Position numbers and translations under genes: made by a program. From Bugula neritina (Eukaryota; Animalia; Bryozoa), in the NCBI GenBank assembly GCA_964035545.1, contig OZ037765.1, positions 33,355,504 through 33,419,503 on the forward strand: a stretch of 64,000 bases of DNA, given 5' to 3'. This document shows, one piece after another, positions 59,801 to 64,000 of this stretch. Every line of letters starts with the position of its first letter. The first letter of the stretch is position 1. Under the pieces are notes generated by a model, which ran no database searches, was not told the DNA's origin, and worked only from the letters and a program-made list of their open reading frames with translations.

Positions 59801-62800
59801 TGGCACATTTCTAAATATCTATTGCGTAATGATTCAGGAATATATACCCTGGACTTATACAATAGCATCTTATTATAAACTGATAGATAACGTCTGACTA
59901 TGTAAAGCTGTTTAAGCTCACCTGTCAAGCCTCTCCCATTTCTTGACCACTCATGCAGCGCAAATTCTAGCGTTTTTATGCTAATGGGGTCTGTACTCAT
60001 AGCCTTCAGAATAGCCTCCTCTCTCGTATCGTAGAGGTTTGTGGCCTCTATGATAGAGTTCACGTAGCACTCGACCTCATTGTCTTCGTACAACTCCCCC
60101 ACGTTGTCTACGACATTGTTGGGCCTACTCAGCGCATCGGCTATAAACATGTCTTTGCCAGGCGTATGAAAAATAATGTAATCATAACGCATAAGGCGTA
60201 AGCGGAATCGTTGTACTCTGACTGGTAGGCTAGACAAGTCTTGCTCGCCCAGTATGGAAACAAGAGGTCTATGGTCCGTTTCTATCTCAAAACTCCTGCC
60301 AACCAGATAAAAATCAAATTTTTCGCAGGCCCATGTAATAGCTAGGGCCTCCTTTTCAATCATGGCATAGCGGGTTTCCGTTTCAGTAAGTTTTCTAGAC
60401 GCATATTCCACTAGTTGCCAGAGTCCAGTGTCATTAAGCTGTAAGAGGGCAGCGCCTAACGCGTTCTTACTGGCGTCTGCCGAGACTCTGTGTTTCTTGT
60501 TTAAGTCGAAAGCACACAGTATTGGAGACTGTGACAATTCTGTTTTGATGTCTTGGAATGCCTTCTGTTGTTCGCACCCCCAATACCACTCTGCAGTAGC
60601 ACCCGAAACGGCATAAATTGGAGTACATATTCCGGCTATTTTGTTGCTAAACTTACTCAGGTAATTCACTAAACCACTAAACCTCTGTGCTTCTTTTTTG
60701 GAGGTTGGTGGGGTGAGGCCTAAAATAGCTTCGACTTTCGCTGGGTCAGGTTTTATACCAGTGTTGCTGACCAGGTGACCGAGAAATTTAATTTCTGCAC
60801 ACCCGAACTCGCATTTCTCTTTCTTTAAAGTCATGCCTGACTTTTCTATTCTGACTAACACTTCCCTCAACCTATCCCAATGTTCTTCAGCCGTTTTCCC
60901 ATATACCAAAATATCGTCCATCAAACAAATCACACCCTTTATTCCTTTCAATATTTGAAAACGGTTACCGGGTCAAAAGCATTAGCGACAAGGCTGTTCA
61001 CTACCGCTAGCAAATTCAATTTGTTAAGATCGGGCAACCCTAACAAATTTCGCTTGGAATCTTTCAAGACGTAAATTCGAGATTCGATTGATCTGGCTTT
61101 ACTTTTGATGTTGACCTTAGCTGTGCCTTTAACCTGGAGGCTCTTACCATCTGCGCCTACCAGGCATTTACTTGGGTTTTCCAATGGCATGCTCAGTTTG
61201 TCTGAGGTAGATTCTGTTAAAGTGGAAACCTCTGCGCCTGTGTCTAACACAAAGTCTACATTAATGTCATTGACTCTTAGGGTCTTCCTTAAGCATTTTT
61301 CCTGGCCATATAGTCATTCATTAAATCTAACCCTTCTAGTGTTCATTTTATGGTCGCGTCCGGGGCTAGGTTTAGGGCTGCTCCGCGGACTGTTGCTGGG
61401 TGTTCTATAATTATCACTAGAACTGTAATATCTATCTCTGCTTCTATATCTAGGCCTCTTTTGGGGACAATCTTGTGAAATATGTCCCAGCCTATTGCAC
61501 GAAAAGCAGCTTGTCTCTGGGCACTTTCGCACTTGGTGTCCGAGCTGGCCACACTTAAAACATCTATCCGGGCTGGTCTCCCTGTCTCCTCTATGCTGAG
61601 GTCGTTCACGATATCTCCGGGGGCTTTCGTCTCGCCATCTCTCACTTCGTCAGTAATGGTAGTCGCTACCAGAATCACTGGACCGGCGGCCTCTCGTTGT
61701 GCGGTCTCCACTAGAGTCATCTGTCCTGTTTCTCCCACTGGGGCGTCGTCTACTGCTATTCCTAAATCTACTTCGAGAGATAGACCTAGCATTCAGGTGT
61801 CTACCGTCGCTAGATTCGTCTGAACTACTGTTTACTTTGTCTGGGGTGTCCAGGTTTATCTTACCGACTTCGGTTTTAGGTCCTTTCTTCACATTAAAAC
61901 TACCAGCCCTTGCCTCATCTTCAGTGGCTTCGGATAGTCTACCCAAGTGTTTTGCTTGAGCTTTTGTTCTGAGTTGCCCCCACGTCAGGTCGGCTTCCTG
62001 TAAGAGGTGTCTGCGCAAGCCCAAGTCTCTAAGACCATTAACGGCTAGTGCTGTTGCAAACCTTTGTCGGACTATATCATTATCATTCCCAAAGTCCACG
62101 GTTCTACTTAGTTTCTCAACTCTCAATAAATACTCTATCTCGTTTTCTCTACAAGCTTGGGCTACGCTAACAAATTTCATAGTTTTAACATAGAAACTGT
62201 CATCTTGGGAATAATGGGCTTTTAATAAGTCTAAAGCGGTAGCATAGCCTTCATTCGAATTATCGTTTAAATTGAAGCCGAGTGACTGTAACGTATCTAA
62301 TCCCTCTGAACCGATGGCACTTAGCAAAGCCAACAGCTTAGTTCTACCCCTGAATCTGTTAACTTGTGTTCCCTCTACTTCTTCAGAACCCAGGTTGATG
62401 GAAGTTACCTCAACACTTAACTGGATTTGTGTAAGCCACGAGTTCCATGACTTAGCAACGTTACTTTCATCTAGTATTAGCTTAGGGAAAGCATTTAAAT
62501 CAAGGTTAGACCGAGCCATGCTAAGTACTAACACTAATATCACTATCAATATAGTTACTGAACTGATTAAATAATAACAATATATCACGTAACTAATATC
62601 ACGGTGTCAATTTTGAATTTTAATTTTAACTTTTACCACGTATTCGGACGTTTCTCTCTTACCCTCTTGGACAGTTTTCCTCAATAACAATAATAATTCG
62701 CTTCTCTAACTCCCTCGTCGTCTCACTTACAAACCTCGTTTCTCTTACACTCACAATCGCAAATATGTATTACTAACTCGGGCAGGTTCGTATCCTGCTG

Positions 62801-64000
62801 ACTGCACCATGTAATGTAAACTCACCCTGTTGAGCTCTGGCTATCGAGTGCCTCGTGTAGGCTTACGTCCGGTTAGCTATTCTCCTAAGTCACGTGGCCA
62901 CCGACCTCGCGTAGCCTTGGTACCTGCTATCGCTCGTCAGTAGCTAGTCAATATCGGATCATCTCACTACTCAGTGCTACAACCAATCTGGTCTTCTGCC
63001 ATTTCTACAAATACTAGTTTACTTGTAATAACTATATCAAATCTATTGTTGGTATATATAAGTAATATTAAATAAAACCTTTCATAATTTGAAAGGCTGC
63101 AAAAGCTCAACTCAATTAAATAGAAATATTTTAAAAATAAAGCACAGGCCAGGGCTTTAACTGCTAGACTATGTTATTGTAATTGTTTCACCATGCAAGC
63201 TAGTTTTTAATTACTTGTTGAGATTGACCAAAATACTGCATTAATACCCAACCTGAGCTTTTAGTGAGTGTTGTACAACTGCCAAGCAAGTTTCAAGTTT
63301 CGGATAGAAATTGAATGCACAACTCAAACAGCTATACTTTACTTGTATTTAAGTTATAGAATATATGATATCATATTGGGCTGATTGTTGTATTTTTAGA
63401 ATAAAAGCTGTGATCAGTACGAAAGTTTTGAAAATAATGAGGATGGAGGGGAGCATTGTAAAGACATCAAGGGAAACGACTCCAAAGAATCAGAAGAAGC
63501 TTTAACAAAAGATGTTTTATTTCAGATTTTTGTTTTCAACTTAGCATTTTTTGGCAGAGTAAGTAATGGAGTAAAAAATAGTAACAAAAATCCTAAAATC
63601 ATGAAGTGGGTTATTTAGTTGACTAACTACTTTTACCTTGAGAGATACAGTCTTCCCATAAGATGTGAGTTAATTTGGAACTAAAAAGTTATTAGTAAAT
63701 TTAAAAGAAAATTGTTTCTACTGTTTAAAGGATATTTTTTATTCGAGTCTTTAAACACAAAATAGCTGGTACTCTTTTAGCATGGAGTCTTGTACCATCC
63801 AGCACTATAATTACTAGATGCTATGACAATCACTCTATCACTTTGACTTCTATATTTTTTAGGGTTTCACAATGAACTCTATTGGACCTACACTGATAGA
63901 TCTGAGACAGATAGCATCTTTATCCATAGAACAAGGTGGATGGTTGTTTATATCACAATCTATCGGATATTTGATTTCCAATCTCATTGCAAAAGTTACT
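56875..64000 (+). CDS. MFSD4/NAGLT1-like MFS transporter, copy 3 (partial); exons 56875-56967, 63400-63558, 63863->64000
   Basis: Exons nearly identical to copy 2 exons 1-3; intron 1 contains the LTR retrotransposon. Confidence 0.85.
57135..57293 (-). repeat. 3' LTR (TGTGAGA...TTACA on the minus strand), preceded by polypurine tract AAGGAGGGAG (57305-57296)
   Basis: 57135-57292 is identical to 62810-62967. Confidence 0.95.
57458..58663 (-). pseudogene. Extra 3' ORF (ORF3) of the retrotransposon: basic NLS-like tract, 3 CCHC zinc knuckles, coiled coil and acidic tail; ~401 codons with one internal TGA (57766-57764)
   Basis: CLLCRAMRDHSASEC, CYNCGQKGHFAESC and CRFCNMQGHVMETC; ORFs 57764-58690 and 57458-57763 are in the same frame; upstream splice acceptor at 58667-58666. 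Confidence 0.8.
58690..61313 (-). pseudogene. pol: pol: protease (LDTGAE), RT lacking its N-terminal part, RNase H, integrase
   Basis: The protease frame ends ...FDPVTVFKY* and abuts QILKGIKGVICLMDDILVYG in another frame at ~60955; RNase H ADAS...YAMIEKEALAITWACEKF...ETDHRPL; integrase intact. Confidence 0.92.
61314..62519 (-). pseudogene. gag: gag with an RS-rich region and two CCHC knuckles; internal TGA at 61652-61650
   Basis: ATG at 62519 (MARSNLDL...); same frame continues past the TGA to CFKCGQLGHQVRKC and CFSCNRLGHISQDC, ending at TGA 61316-61314. Confidence 0.85.
62782..62809 (-). other. Primer-binding site complementary to the 3' 28 nt of a tRNA-Ser-like tRNA
   Basis: Directly adjoins the 5' LTR; the plus strand reads GCAGG-TTCGTAT-CCTGC-TGACTGC-A-CCA (T-arm, acceptor 3' strand, CCA). 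Confidence 0.85.
62810..62968 (-). repeat. 5' LTR
   Basis: 158-bp perfect match to the 3' LTR; the outermost base differs (AGTGAGA rather than TGTGAGA). Confidence 0.95.

Larger units (their letters stand above)
57135..62968 (-). mobile_element. Ty3/Gypsy LTR retrotransposon, Mag-like, ~5.8 kb, antisense in MFS copy 3 intron 1; defective (RT deletion, nonsense codons)
   Basis: Identical LTRs, PBS and PPT; domain order gag-PR-RT-RH-IN; integrase HHCC (CHEGHQG...CNIC) and DDE (SDLF, TDNG, NGMAER); Mag-type C-terminal TRSGRTVRAP. Confidence 0.95.

Noticed and set aside
62520-62588. Hydrophobic signal-peptide-like extension on Gag (MIYCYYLISS...)
   Set aside because: Starts at a non-ATG codon in low-complexity AT-rich leader sequence; the first ATG is at 62519
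62782-62809. tRNA gene
   Set aside because: Only the 3' 28 nt are present, with an encoded CCA abutting the LTR, so it is a PBS

Overview
AT-rich, intron-rich animal genomic DNA (invertebrate, probably lophotrochozoan-like; the species cannot be determined from the sequence). I reconstructed exon-intron structures by hand from splice sites and reading frames. From left to right: first coding exon of an ankyrin-repeat gene (-); FoxD (3 exons, -); ZNG1/CBWD zinc-metallochaperone GTPase (12 exons, -); RIOK1 (2 coding exons, +); a PH-RhoGAP-coiled-coil gene of the ARHGAP22/24/25 type (5 exons, -); 1-Cys peroxiredoxin PRDX6 (5 exons, -); and a tandem array of three MFSD4/NAGLT1-like MFS transporter genes (+, the third truncated by the window edge). 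Intron 1 of the third copy carries a recent ~5.8 kb Mag-like Ty3/Gypsy LTR retrotransposon with identical 158-bp LTRs. This element is the most unusual object in the window. It has (i) an extra ORF in the env position, preceded by a strong splice acceptor, that encodes a triple-CCHC zinc-knuckle/coiled-coil protein rather than an envelope protein; (ii) gag and pol in the same frame, separated by a UGA-CUA readthrough-type stop; and (iii) a 28-nt tRNA-Ser-like primer-binding site that runs through the whole T-arm and has an A-to-T change exactly at tRNA position 58. Other notable points: six in-frame tandem splice donors within the ZNG1 P-loop, two GC-AG introns, patchwork gene conversion among the MFS copies, several MITEs, a SINE interrupted by a hAT element, and many intronic minisatellites.
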